From an uncultured Bacteroidia bacterium (GTDB lineage Bacteria; Bacteroidota; Bacteroidia; Bacteroidales; CAJPTX01), in the NCBI GenBank assembly GCA_963543925.1, contig CAUUCP010000001.1, forward strand, positions 73,296 to 137,295: DNA of 64,000 nucleotides, in the 5' to 3' direction. The notes under the pieces are model-generated. The model was not told the origin of the DNA. It was given only the letters and a program-made list of their open reading frames with translations, and did no database searches. Positions 35,518-44,319 of this stretch are shown here, one piece after another. The translations under genes were made by a program, and so were the position numbers. Each line of letters opens with the position of its first letter. The stretch's first letter is position 1.

Positions 35518-36825
35518 CTAGTTGTGCTTGCAGAAGGATGAGTGAATGGGGACTCCTCCAGCAATACTCCACACGAAGTTAGTAAAAAAGAGTTTTTCCT
35601 TTGCTATGTGACAAATGCGCTCTGGAGAGATTGTACGAATCGTGTCTATTTTCGCACGCATCCAAGCTGTTGCATCTGCGTTTGGCAAGCGAGAATCTGT
35701 GAGAATTCGTGAAGATAAAAGTGTATTATCAAACTGTTGCATAAGCGATGCGAGAAGCTCGGTACGTAATCCTTCTAGTTCGTTCAACGTGGGAGGAGCA
35801 GCTGGTAACCGATCCAGTTCGTAACGAATCTCGGCGAGTGCTTTTTCTGCATAAGCCTTCCCCACGCTAGTTTGAATCATAATGAGTGTGGCATCGCGGC
35901 GATCTACCACTCGCGCGCGGATTCCATAAGTATAGCCTTTGTCCTCTCGTAGATTTAACATCAACCTGCTACGGAAGACACCACCAAGGAGATTTACTGC
36001 AATATCCAGAGCAAAATCTTCGCTTGGAGACAAGCGTGGTGGTAAACATAAGCCACCTAAGATCGCCACCTGTGCACTGTTAGGGCACGGGGTGTAAACG
36101 AACTCTTTTTTCGACTGAATGGACGCTATGCTTTCTTTCCGCCCCGATGCTACAACAAGCGGATAGGTATTAAACGCAGTTTGTAGGCGCAAGACGTCCG
36201 CCTCCGAAATTCCTCCCGCAGCAATAACGGTAAATGGATTTTCAAAAAAAGTACTCTTCCACAAAGCGTGAAGCTCCGAGACAGAAACTTGTTCAAAGTC
36301 GTGGAGTGTGATGATACGCCCATAGGGGTGGTCTCCAAAGAGGTTAGGCATCAACGCTTGCTGCGCAAGAAACTCAGGATCTTCCAACAATGCCTTGAAG
36401 CGCTCTCGTTCGGCTGCCAGCCACTGCGCTAGCTCCTCCTCAGGAAAGGTCGGAGTGAATAAGATTTCTCGCAAGAGAGTTAACGCGGCCTCCAATTGCA
36501 GACGGACAAAGCGTAGATGAAACTCGTAGTAGTCGGTGCGCGACTGAATCGAAATTCGCACACCAAGAGACTCAAGGGTCATCGCAAGCTCTTCTGCTGT
36601 TTGTCGTTCTGTCCCACGTAAGAGCATTGCAACAAGAGCACTGTGCTGCAACGGAGTTGCTTGCGATACGCTTTTGGGGAAGAAAAGCGTAAGCGAAATG
36701 ACCTCTAAACGTTCGTCAGGAAAAAGCGAGAGGGTAAAATGCGTATGTGTAATACGCTGTGAGGGAGGAAAGGTGATATTAAGATCGTGTTGCAGCGAGG
36801 GAGGTTGCGTTCTATCAAGTGTCAT
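35518..36825 (-). CDS. M16-family peptidase-like protein, non-catalytic subunit (no HxxEH)
   Basis: 435 aa with pitrilysin-fold length and pattern but no zinc motif. It is adjacent to an active M16 gene. Confidence 0.65.
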   Translation of the reverse strand: MTLDRTQPPSLQHDLNITFPPSQRITHTHFTLSLFPDERLEVISLTLFFPKSVSQATPLQHSALVAMLLRGTERQTAEELAMTLESLGVRISIQSRTDYYEFHLRFVRLQLEAALTLLREILFTPTFPEEELAQWLAAERERFKALLEDPEFLAQQALMPNLFGDHPYGRIITLHDFEQVSVSELHALWKSTFFENPFTVIAAGGISEADVLRLQTAFNTYPLVVASGRKESIASIQSKKEFVYTPCPNSAQVAILGGLCLPPRLSPSEDFALDIAVNLLGGVFRSRLMLNLREDKGYTYGIRARVVDRRDATLIMIQTSVGKAYAEKALAEIRYELDRLPAAPPTLNELEGLRTELLASLMQQFDNTLLSSRILTDSRLPNADATAWMRAKIDTIRTISPERICHIAKEKLFFTNFVWSIAGGVPIHSSFCKHN

Positions 36826-36827
36826 CG

Positions 36828-38066
36828 TTATGCTTCGCTTTCAGCTTTATAATAGAGGACGCGCGCTTGTTTGGTTTGAAAGGTTTGGGTAGCCAACTCT
36901 TCGAGTTGTTCGACCGTTACCGATGCCCGTTCTGCGACTCGACGATTTACCCATGCAGCATCTCCCAAGAGCTCGTACTGTGCAAGCAACTCTGCCCGCT
37001 GCGATGAAAGCAATGTACCATAGAGCGCATCGGTCTCAAATAGGCTTTTCACGCGTTGTAATTCTTGAGAAGAAATATGTTGCAAGCGTGTAAGTTCTTC
37101 CCAAATAGCCTCTTCGGCAACGGACAAAGAAACGCCCTCGGAAAGTGTCCCTACAAGGGAAATTACGCCTGGGTCAAAACTCCCATCAACAGAAGCGTCC
37201 AACGAAGAGAACAAACGGCGTTTCCGTACGAGTTCCGTCTTAAGACGTGCCCCACGACCTAAACCAAGAATATCGGAAAGAAGATCGTAGCGTACATAAT
37301 TTTCGTCACGTCTTCCAGGCATCGGAAAGGAAATATAAAGAAGGTCAGATGGTACCGCCCTTACCACTTCTTGCCGTTCATAAGCCGTGCGCAGCGGCTC
37401 TACTGGCAATTCCCTCTTGGACTTCTGAATACTAGGGATAGGAGCAAACCATTTCTCGCACAATGCGCGTGCTTTGTCTAGCAGAATCCCCCCTGAGAGC
37501 ACAAGTATCGCATTGGCGGGAAAATAATGTGCTTTGAAAAAGGCGCGAATATAATCCATCGAAGCTCGCTCTATTTGCTCAATACTGAGCCCGATAGTAG
37601 GCCAACGATAAGGATGTACTTTGTAATTTAAGGCACTGGCTAAGTGATAAATATCGCCATACGGAGCATTGAGATAGTTTTCCTTAAACTCCTCAATTAC
37701 CACGCTCCGTTGTACGTCAAGACTTTTGGGCGTAAAGGCTAGTGAAAGCATCCTGTCGCTTTCCAACCAAAATGCAGTTTCGATGTTGGCGGCAGGAAGG
37801 GTACAGTAATAACACGTGTTGTCATTGGTTGTATAGGCATTATTACTCCCTCCTGCTTTCTGAATCGCTTCGTCATAATCAGGAATATTGATACTCCCGC
37901 CAAACATAAGGTGCTCAAAAAGATGAGCATAGCCTGTGTGCTCGTCATCCTCGTCTCTTGCTCCGACGTCGTACATGATGCACATCGAAACGAGAGGGCT
38001 CTGCATATCAGTGTTGACTAAGACACGCAGACCATTGTCTAGAGAAAAACGCTCGAAAGTAATCAT
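36828..38066 (-). CDS. M16-family zinc peptidase (pitrilysin-like)
   Basis: The inverted zinc motif HLFEH in GYAHLFEHLMFGG is present. 412 aa. Confidence 0.8.
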   Translation of the reverse strand: MITFERFSLDNGLRVLVNTDMQSPLVSMCIMYDVGARDEDDEHTGYAHLFEHLMFGGSINIPDYDEAIQKAGGSNNAYTTNDNTCYYCTLPAANIETAFWLESDRMLSLAFTPKSLDVQRSVVIEEFKENYLNAPYGDIYHLASALNYKVHPYRWPTIGLSIEQIERASMDYIRAFFKAHYFPANAILVLSGGILLDKARALCEKWFAPIPSIQKSKRELPVEPLRTAYERQEVVRAVPSDLLYISFPMPGRRDENYVRYDLLSDILGLGRGARLKTELVRKRRLFSSLDASVDGSFDPGVISLVGTLSEGVSLSVAEEAIWEELTRLQHISSQELQRVKSLFETDALYGTLLSSQRAELLAQYELLGDAAWVNRRVAERASVTVEQLEELATQTFQTKQARVLYYKAESEA

Positions 38067-38075
38067 AGTTGATTG

Positions 38076-39029
38076 TTAAGAAAGAGCCTCCTGCAAGTGA
38101 GTCAGTGTGTGAGTAACGTCAGTTCGAATCTGTTCCATGATCTCGTGTACGGGCAGTATTGCAGTAAACAACCCTGCGATTTGTCCGATCTCAAGTTCTC
38201 CTTGGTCAAGATCTCCCTCAAGCATCCCCTTTCGGGAACGTCCTGTCCCGATGAGCTGGCGTTGGTCATCCACACTCGCTCCATTCCGTTCAAGTGCTTG
38301 TAATTCATCGGAAAAGGCATTGCGTATAACACGCGTTGGTCCCCATCCGCGAGACGTAAGTACGGTGCCGAGCATCCCGACCTTAAGAAGATGGTTTTTG
38401 TAAATGTCACTTGCCGAGGATTCTACACTGCATGCGAAGCGACTCCCGATCTGTATTCCATCCGCGCCTAATGCCATTGCCGCCACAAGCCCCTTCCCCG
38501 TTGCATAACCGCCAGCAGAAACAAGGGGTAAGTGGGTCGATTGCGCCAAAAGTTGGGTTAAAACCAGTGTGGAAAGCTCTTCGAGACCATTATGACCTCC
38601 AGCTTCTACCCCTTCACCAATGAGAAAATCTACGCCTGCCGACTCTGCCTTTTGTGCGAATTTGACATTCGCGACAACATGTCCGACCTTCATCCCTGCT
38701 TCATGTGCTTTAGAAGTCCACGTGGATGGAGACCCAGCCGAAGTGATTAGCACTGGTACATGTTCCTCTAAACAGACCTGCATACATTCCTCTGCTCTCG
38801 AAAAAAGCAAGGGAACATTGACACCGAAAGGAGCACTTGTCGCTTGACGCACTTTTTGAATCTGTTCGCGAAGAAAGTCCGCTGTCATCGACCCAGAGCC
38901 TAGCACCCCAAGTCCTCCGCTGTCTGAGACGGCTGCAACAAGCTTCCAACCACTACACCAAATCATGCCTCCTTGAATGACAGGGATTTGTATACCGAGT
39001 AGGCGACACAGTCTGTTATTGTTAAACAT
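38076..39029 (-). CDS. nitronate monooxygenase / FabK-type enoyl-ACP reductase II family flavoprotein
   Basis: IPVIQGGMIWCSGWKLVAAVSDSGGLGVLG and GADGIQIGSRF. The start is trimmed to ATG 39029 because a terminator and a -7 box lie inside the longer ORF. Confidence 0.7.
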   Translation of the reverse strand: MFNNNRLCRLLGIQIPVIQGGMIWCSGWKLVAAVSDSGGLGVLGSGSMTADFLREQIQKVRQATSAPFGVNVPLLFSRAEECMQVCLEEHVPVLITSAGSPSTWTSKAHEAGMKVGHVVANVKFAQKAESAGVDFLIGEGVEAGGHNGLEELSTLVLTQLLAQSTHLPLVSAGGYATGKGLVAAMALGADGIQIGSRFACSVESSASDIYKNHLLKVGMLGTVLTSRGWGPTRVIRNAFSDELQALERNGASVDDQRQLIGTGRSRKGMLEGDLDQGELEIGQIAGLFTAILPVHEIMEQIRTDVTHTLTHLQEALS

Positions 39030-39079
39030 TTCTCCTGAAAATATTGAGTATTGAGAATGGGGATAAGTATAGACCCTTG

Positions 39080-39087
39080 CAAAGATA
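39080..39087 (-). promoter_or_regulatory. candidate -7 promoter box (TAnnTTTG) for the fabK-like/M16 block
   Basis: Minus strand tatctttg, 51 nt upstream of ATG 39029. Confidence 0.4.
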
Positions 39088-39132
39088 CGTATTTCTACAA
39101 TACCCTTAAGCTCAGAAAACGTAGTGTAGTAC

Positions 39133-39159
39133 AAAAAAGGACGCATCTATGATGTGTCC
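39133..39159 (-). terminator. rho-independent terminator after the LytM/S41-like gene
   Basis: Minus strand ggacacatc-ata-gatgcgtcc (one mismatch) followed by tttttt. Confidence 0.55.
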
Positions 39160-39194
39160 TCCTTATAATGCCTTGCAAAACTAGTCTCTCTTAT

Positions 39195-41258
39195 CTAGGC
39201 TTTACTACGATGCTTTTCTAACCATGCTGCGCGAATGGCTCGTAAACGCCGCGATGTCTGCATGACAAAAAAGAGAATCGTTAACACTAACACTCCCCAT
39301 ACCGTGATGCTGATAAGAGGTATATAGTTCTGTTTTGGGGATGTGCTATGAATACCATCGCGTGCAATGAGATCTAACGTATAAGAAAGGATGGAGTCAC
39401 CCGCCTCGCCAGTAAACTCTCTTAAGGAGTAGTCTATACGAATATCTGGTATTACACCACGTCCGTAAGAAATACGAGTATCTTGTGCTGTATCAAAAAA
39501 CATTTTTACCACAGGCATCTGTAACTCAAATTGGGAATGAGGGAGCGTATAGTGATAAATAGGTCCTGTGGAGAGGACGTGATAGGGCGAGTTGGTCTCT
39601 CTACCAATTATATACCCCCTCTTTTCTCGATAGACTAACGCTGCCAAAAGCGAACCCATGCTCTGAGTAAACTCATTCGTTAGGACGTAGATATTGCCAC
39701 GAAATGGAATGGGAGAGGGAGGATATGGCTTATTGATATCGTTGTGATATCGCAAATGATGCTCATCCTCTGTGACAGAAAAGGTATAAAGTGGTTCTAA
39801 GTCCTGTTGTGAAGTCGCGTTATAACGTTTTTGAAGTTCTAAAATATGAGCACAAATATCCTTCCATAGATAGGAATGGAAAGGTTCTGTGATAAAATGT
39901 GAGAATAATGTCTCAACATTCTTGATATTTCCATGTTGAGTATACCGGAGATCTATGATTAGATTTTCACAACCTTCGTGTGCTATGGAATCAAGAAAGC
40001 TCTCTATTTGAGCAAGCTTTAGTGCTCCGAAATCTAGAGTAGGCAATCCCACGTAAGCGACATGAGGTTTCAAGACTCTATAGCGAATTGTATCATCTGC
40101 CAAACGGTTGAAATAGGGTGCAAAAGTCGGAGGGATCGGATCAGAATACCCTGCTTCCTCGGGCAATTGTGCGTAATTCCCCGTTTCGTCTTCCTTTAGA
40201 GAAATGGAGAGACTATGCGTCACCTTATTACGTCGATACCATCGATAGTAGATGCTACTCCCGCGCGTGAACTCATTCATCAGCTGCATTTCAGAACTGT
40301 ACCCTCCGACACTATAGGGAATGTCGTTCTCTCTAGTCTTGGCACGTATGAACGAAATTATGGAAGCAGCTGGTTCACCGTCTATAGCAAGAAGGGACTC
40401 TCCATTGAGTTGTTTGATATCAAGATAGTTATGTGTGATCAATAGCGAATCCCCAAGAATACCAAAAAGAACTGGGTAAAGATAAAGCTCTCGGAGTGAG
40501 TCTGGCAAAGAATGGGAAAGAAGTTTCGTATTGGGATCTCGTACGAAATGCACAAAATGATTCAAAAGTTGAACATAATCCTTGTGTTCCAGAGGAGCTA
40601 CGAGTTGTGCACGAAGAGTTTGGTAAAGAGAGTCAAAACTTTCTTTTCTACGATAGTCATATAAGTTGGGATTTCCCTCCTTCAAAAAATCATAGATAAT
40701 ATCAAGCTCGTTATGCATCTCCGGTACTGTGAACCGTTTTCGCGAGCAGAAGAAGTTATAGTGATGCCTTTTAGGTTTCTTTACTCCAGTAAAAAGGAAG
40801 GGATCACACAGGTTATTTTTTCCAGATACTGAGAGAGCCACAGCTGGCTGTGGTATCAAGGGAGAAAAATAGTCTACGAAACCGATAGTGTCTCCTTTGT
40901 GTATAGAATCACCAGCACGTAACGTGTACAAGGGTTTGAACCCAGCCATGAGCATATCAGCTGTGCTCGAAGAGAGGGTTATAATCGCATTGATAAACTG
41001 TTGGGAGATCTCATTCTCATTGGCAATTGCTTCAATCTGTTCTTCTTGCTCTTTGTCAGTCTTACGCCGGATGTTCCAGAGTAGAAAATCGGAAAATGAA
41101 TGCCAATAGGCAAAGCGTAGATTAACAATTCGAGCATCAAATGGAGCTAATACAGGACTCCCTTGTTCTGACCCTAAAATAAGCCAAGAACGGTTCACTT
41201 TTCCCGCAATGGTATCACCTGGTCCTCCGATCACCGAGTCGCGATGGTGATAGCCCAC
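39195..41258 (-). CDS. LytM-like (degenerate) plus S41-like peptidase-domain protein with a C-terminal TM anchor; the 5' end appears frameshifted
   Basis: 687-aa ORF starting at GTG. PVLAPFDARIV...LRAGDSIHKGDTIGFV is LytM/M23-like without the HxH motif. IYVLTNEFTQSMGSLLAA is S41-like. The C-terminus IPLISITVWGVLVLTILFFV is a TM helix. The frame stays open upstream of the GTG (see finding). Confidence 0.5.
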   Translation of the reverse strand: MGYHHRDSVIGGPGDTIAGKVNRSWLILGSEQGSPVLAPFDARIVNLRFAYWHSFSDFLLWNIRRKTDKEQEEQIEAIANENEISQQFINAIITLSSSTADMLMAGFKPLYTLRAGDSIHKGDTIGFVDYFSPLIPQPAVALSVSGKNNLCDPFLFTGVKKPKRHHYNFFCSRKRFTVPEMHNELDIIYDFLKEGNPNLYDYRRKESFDSLYQTLRAQLVAPLEHKDYVQLLNHFVHFVRDPNTKLLSHSLPDSLRELYLYPVLFGILGDSLLITHNYLDIKQLNGESLLAIDGEPAASIISFIRAKTRENDIPYSVGGYSSEMQLMNEFTRGSSIYYRWYRRNKVTHSLSISLKEDETGNYAQLPEEAGYSDPIPPTFAPYFNRLADDTIRYRVLKPHVAYVGLPTLDFGALKLAQIESFLDSIAHEGCENLIIDLRYTQHGNIKNVETLFSHFITEPFHSYLWKDICAHILELQKRYNATSQQDLEPLYTFSVTEDEHHLRYHNDINKPYPPSPIPFRGNIYVLTNEFTQSMGSLLAALVYREKRGYIIGRETNSPYHVLSTGPIYHYTLPHSQFELQMPVVKMFFDTAQDTRISYGRGVIPDIRIDYSLREFTGEAGDSILSYTLDLIARDGIHSTSPKQNYIPLISITVWGVLVLTILFFVMQTSRRLRAIRAAWLEKHRSKA

Positions 41259-41450
41259 TACTGGCGCAATCCCTTCCTGTGCTAGTACGCCTAGCGTATT
41301 GCACGCAAAAAAAGGAATAGAATAGTGAGAATTTTCCTTTGCATCCGAACATTGATGACTCGCTCCGAGTCGCCCGTTATCACACCCTAAAGATAGAAAA
41401 TTTTACCAAGTGTGTCTTTTTTGTTGTTTGACGGTGATTGACCCCGTTGA

Positions 41451-42179
41451 CTATTGGTTCAACAAATTTAGAAAAGGACACGGACTTTCTATATAGAGTT
41501 CTTGATGATCAATTGGTTGCGTAAAGCGTAAAGAGAAAGCATGCAGAGAAATACCACCATTAGGGAGACTCCGTTTGGCACCGTATTTCAAGTCTCCGTG
41601 TACGGGACAGCCGATGCTGGCGAGCTGTGCCCGAATTTGATGATGACGCCCCGTAAATAATTGAACCTTTAGAAGAGAGAAGCTTCTCGTGAGTCCAACT
41701 AGTTCATAAGAGAGGACAGATCTCTGAGCGTTAAGATGGGTTGGTTTTACAACGAATGTCTTGTTAAGACGCTCGTTGCGAGAAAGGTAGCTCTCTAGCA
41801 CTGCTTCCTCCTGTTCTGGGCGTCCTTCTACTAGGGCATAGTAAAAACGTTCTACCTTTCCTGTTGAAAACTGTTCATGCAACCGAGGAAGTACGCGATC
41901 TACTTTTGCAAAGAGTACAACGCCTGTAACGGGACGGTCGATCCGGTGGACTGCCTGCAAATAGACATTGCCTGGCTTCTGATCCCGCTGTTTTAACTCA
42001 GCACTTAGAGCTGCCTGTAGAGAGCGATCCCCCGTTTTGTCCTCCTGTACAATTTCGCCGACGTTTTTATCTATAGCAAGGAGATGGCGATCTTCGTATA
42101 AAATACGCTTTAAGCGGGGGCGTTCTCGCTGTTCGGAAAAATGGAGATTAGTATTGTTCTTTCTCATTGGGAAAATCAC
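41451..42179 (-). CDS. RluA-family pseudouridine synthase
   Basis: Catalytic motif [15 protein letters not shown] and GRHHQIR. It overlaps the panB stop. Confidence 0.8.
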   Translation of the reverse strand: MIFPMRKNNTNLHFSEQRERPRLKRILYEDRHLLAIDKNVGEIVQEDKTGDRSLQAALSAELKQRDQKPGNVYLQAVHRIDRPVTGVVLFAKVDRVLPRLHEQFSTGKVERFYYALVEGRPEQEEAVLESYLSRNERLNKTFVVKPTHLNAQRSVLSYELVGLTRSFSLLKVQLFTGRHHQIRAQLASIGCPVHGDLKYGAKRSLPNGGISLHAFSLRFTQPIDHQELYIESPCPFLNLLNQ

Positions 42180-42963
42180 CCTCTTTTACATCACGGATAT
42201 AATTCTTGAACGCTAGCAGCATCTCTTCCCCTAGGCTTGCATAACGTCGCAAAAAACGTGGTGAAAACGCCTCCGTTATTCCTAACATGTCATGCGAGAC
42301 AAGAACTTGTCCATCCACCTTCCCTCCCGCTCCAATACCTATAACAGGAATTCGAAGTTTGTGTGCTACTTCTGCTCCTAAACGTGCAGGGATTTTTTCC
42401 AATACAATAGAAAAACATCCAGCAGCTTCTAGCTCCTGAGCATCCGAGACAAGCCGATCAGCTTCCTCTTCCTCAGTTGCCCGTACAACATAGGTTCCGA
42501 ATTTATGAATGCTCTGTGGTGTAAGACCTAAGTGTCCCATGACGGGGATTCCTGCCGAGAGAATACGGTTGACAGAATCGATAATCTCTATCCCTCCCTC
42601 CATCTTTATAGCATCTGCACCACTCTCCTTCATAATGCGAATCGCTGATTGAAGGGCTCTTTGCGAATCTCCTTGATAGGAACCAAATGGCATATCTACC
42701 ACGACAAGAGCATGATTTACAGCACGTACCACAGAGGCAGCATGATAAATCATGTCATCCAACGTGATAGGAAGAGTACTCTCAAAACCAGCCATAACAT
42801 TGGCGGCAGAATCCCCAACAAGGATGATATCTATCCCTGCTTGATCTAGAATCCGCGCCATCGAGTAGTCATAGGACGTTAGCATCGAGATCCGCTCCCC
42901 TCGATCCTTCATCGTTTGAAGCACATGGGTGGTTATTACCCTACGTTTCCCTTCAACAGACAT
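42148..42963 (-). CDS. panB: 3-methyl-2-oxobutanoate hydroxymethyltransferase
   Basis: [21 protein letters not shown] and [10 protein letters not shown]. Start trimmed to MSVEGKRR. Confidence 0.85.
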   Translation of the reverse strand: MSVEGKRRVITTHVLQTMKDRGERISMLTSYDYSMARILDQAGIDIILVGDSAANVMAGFESTLPITLDDMIYHAASVVRAVNHALVVVDMPFGSYQGDSQRALQSAIRIMKESGADAIKMEGGIEIIDSVNRILSAGIPVMGHLGLTPQSIHKFGTYVVRATEEEEADRLVSDAQELEAAGCFSIVLEKIPARLGAEVAHKLRIPVIGIGAGGKVDGQVLVSHDMLGITEAFSPRFLRRYASLGEEMLLAFKNYIRDVKEGDFPNEKEQY

Positions 42964-42968
42964 CTCTT

Positions 42969-43343
42969 TTAGATTGCGTAACGCACTGAAAGCAGTAGCG
43001 AAACTAAATAACAACACAATGCACTAAAAACAAAACCCATACGGTGCTCAATACCGACCAATAGTAACCCCAGTATAACAAAGAGAACATCTATCAATAA
43101 TTTCCCTATGGTCAACAGCATAAAGTGAACGACCATCCGATTACGAGCCCCATCAATAATCTTGTGCATGTAATGCATCGCTAGCGCCCCCAGAAGAAAA
43201 AAGAAGGTCGGTACAGCTGGGAATAAGGGAAAATACCCACCCAACAAGCCATTGAAGAGCAGAATGCCCCACAATATGCCACTGATGCCAAGAAAAAGTG
43301 CTGAAGAGTAAAGATATCGCTTAAAGGAAAACGTCCTGCGCAT
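42969..43343 (-). CDS. small membrane protein, function unknown
   Basis: ORF trimmed to [12 protein letters not shown], downstream of the bactofilin stop. It has 3-4 hydrophobic helices. Confidence 0.45.
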   Translation of the reverse strand: MRRTFSFKRYLYSSALFLGISGILWGILLFNGLLGGYFPLFPAVPTFFFLLGALAMHYMHKIIDGARNRMVVHFMLLTIGKLLIDVLFVILGLLLVGIEHRMGFVFSALCCYLVSLLLSVRYAI

Positions 43344-43386
43344 CAGGAAAGTAGAAATATGGGAAACTATAAAGCTGCCGTTTTTA

Positions 43387-43776
43387 TTACTTATCTTTCT
43401 TCTCGTCAACGCCTCGTGCACTAGCACTTTCTCCCGACATTTCGCAGGTACCTGTAAAAATTGCACCTGGTTCGATACCCAAACGTTGGGTCTTTAAGTC
43501 TCCCTCTAGGCGTGAGGTCGATTTCAATGTTAATAACTCTGTTACCAGTAACGTTCCGTGCATATACCCCATTATATCGGCGTTCTTGCATTGCATCTCA
43601 CCCTCAATACGCCCAGTCGCTCCGATCACAACCTTACCCTTTACGCGTAAAGAACCAATTACTGTACCGTCTATTCGGAGATCCCCACCGCAATCAATAT
43701 CGCCACGAAACTCAGTTCCAGTACTGATCAAGCTTAGGTTATTCACCGCCGCTTGTGATTCATTTCCTTTTCCCAT
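43387..43776 (-). CDS. bactofilin-family polymer-forming cytoskeletal protein
   Basis: 129 aa with beta-helix repeat pattern GDIDCGGDLRIDGTVIGSLRVKGKVVIGATGRIEGEM. Confidence 0.75.
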   Translation of the reverse strand: MGKGNESQAAVNNLSLISTGTEFRGDIDCGGDLRIDGTVIGSLRVKGKVVIGATGRIEGEMQCKNADIMGYMHGTLLVTELLTLKSTSRLEGDLKTQRLGIEPGAIFTGTCEMSGESASARGVDEKKDK

Positions 43777-43801
43777 CCTTTAGTACTTTATGGTAGTGTA
43801 T

Positions 43802-44209
43802 TTATGTAAAGAGGAGTGATACCTTTTTTTCTACATCGGCAGACAAGCTACGTATCACGGGGCACTCTAGTGTAGCCAATTCCAAGAACTTCTTCTCTTT
43901 AGGAGAAAATTCCCGTCCACGGAGATCAATTTCCAAGAATAGTTTTTTCAAACGCAAGGGCTTCTCTGTCAGTTCGTAGGAAACATGTGCTTTCATGCCC
44001 GCTACCGAGAATTGGTGGACGTGTGCCACAACACCAATCGTGCTCATCACACAGGTTGCAGCAGCAACACAAAGAACCTGCATGGGACTATAAGCCTGTG
44101 CGACCTCTCCGTCCTGCAGATGCGCTTGTGTCGTAATAGAACTATTTCCACTTGGGTGTATACTTTGGGTCTGATAGTCACCCGTATATAATACTTCTAA
44201 TGCAGCCAT
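43802..44209 (-). CDS. OsmC-family protein
   Basis: 135 aa with the two conserved Cys contexts (AAATCVMS, LECPVIRSL). Confidence 0.65.
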   Translation of the reverse strand: MAALEVLYTGDYQTQSIHPSGNSSITTQAHLQDGEVAQAYSPMQVLCVAAATCVMSTIGVVAHVHQFSVAGMKAHVSYELTEKPLRLKKLFLEIDLRGREFSPKEKKFLELATLECPVIRSLSADVEKKVSLLFT

Positions 44210-44242
44210 TCTAGAAATACCTCTTCCTCTAAATTTCTCTTA

Positions 44243-44250
44243 CAAATGTA
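44243..44250 (-). promoter_or_regulatory. candidate -7 promoter box (TAnnTTTG) for the OsmC-bactofilin-panB-rluA block
   Basis: Minus strand tacatttg, 34 nt upstream of the OsmC ATG. Confidence 0.4.
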
Positions 44251-44271
44251 GCGCTTTATTTTTTACAAAGA

Positions 44272-44295
44272 AGCCCCCGCTAGAGAGCGGAGGCT
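44272..44295 (-). terminator. hairpin terminator after the MCP gene
   Basis: Minus strand agcctccgc-tctcta-gcgggggct (one G-U pair) followed by tctttgt, a weak U tract. Confidence 0.45.
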
Positions 44296-44319
44296 TGAAA
44301 AAAAGATTCTGTTCACTCA

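Noticed and set aside
41259-41450. Independent small gene (about 56 aa, ATG 41352) upstream of the LytM/S41-like gene
   Set aside because: Its first 15 codons form the missing signal-peptide half of the downstream gene once the T7 tract is read as T6. The remainder is out-of-frame read-through (..CVQYARRTSTGRDC..). It is better explained as a frameshifted 5' end.
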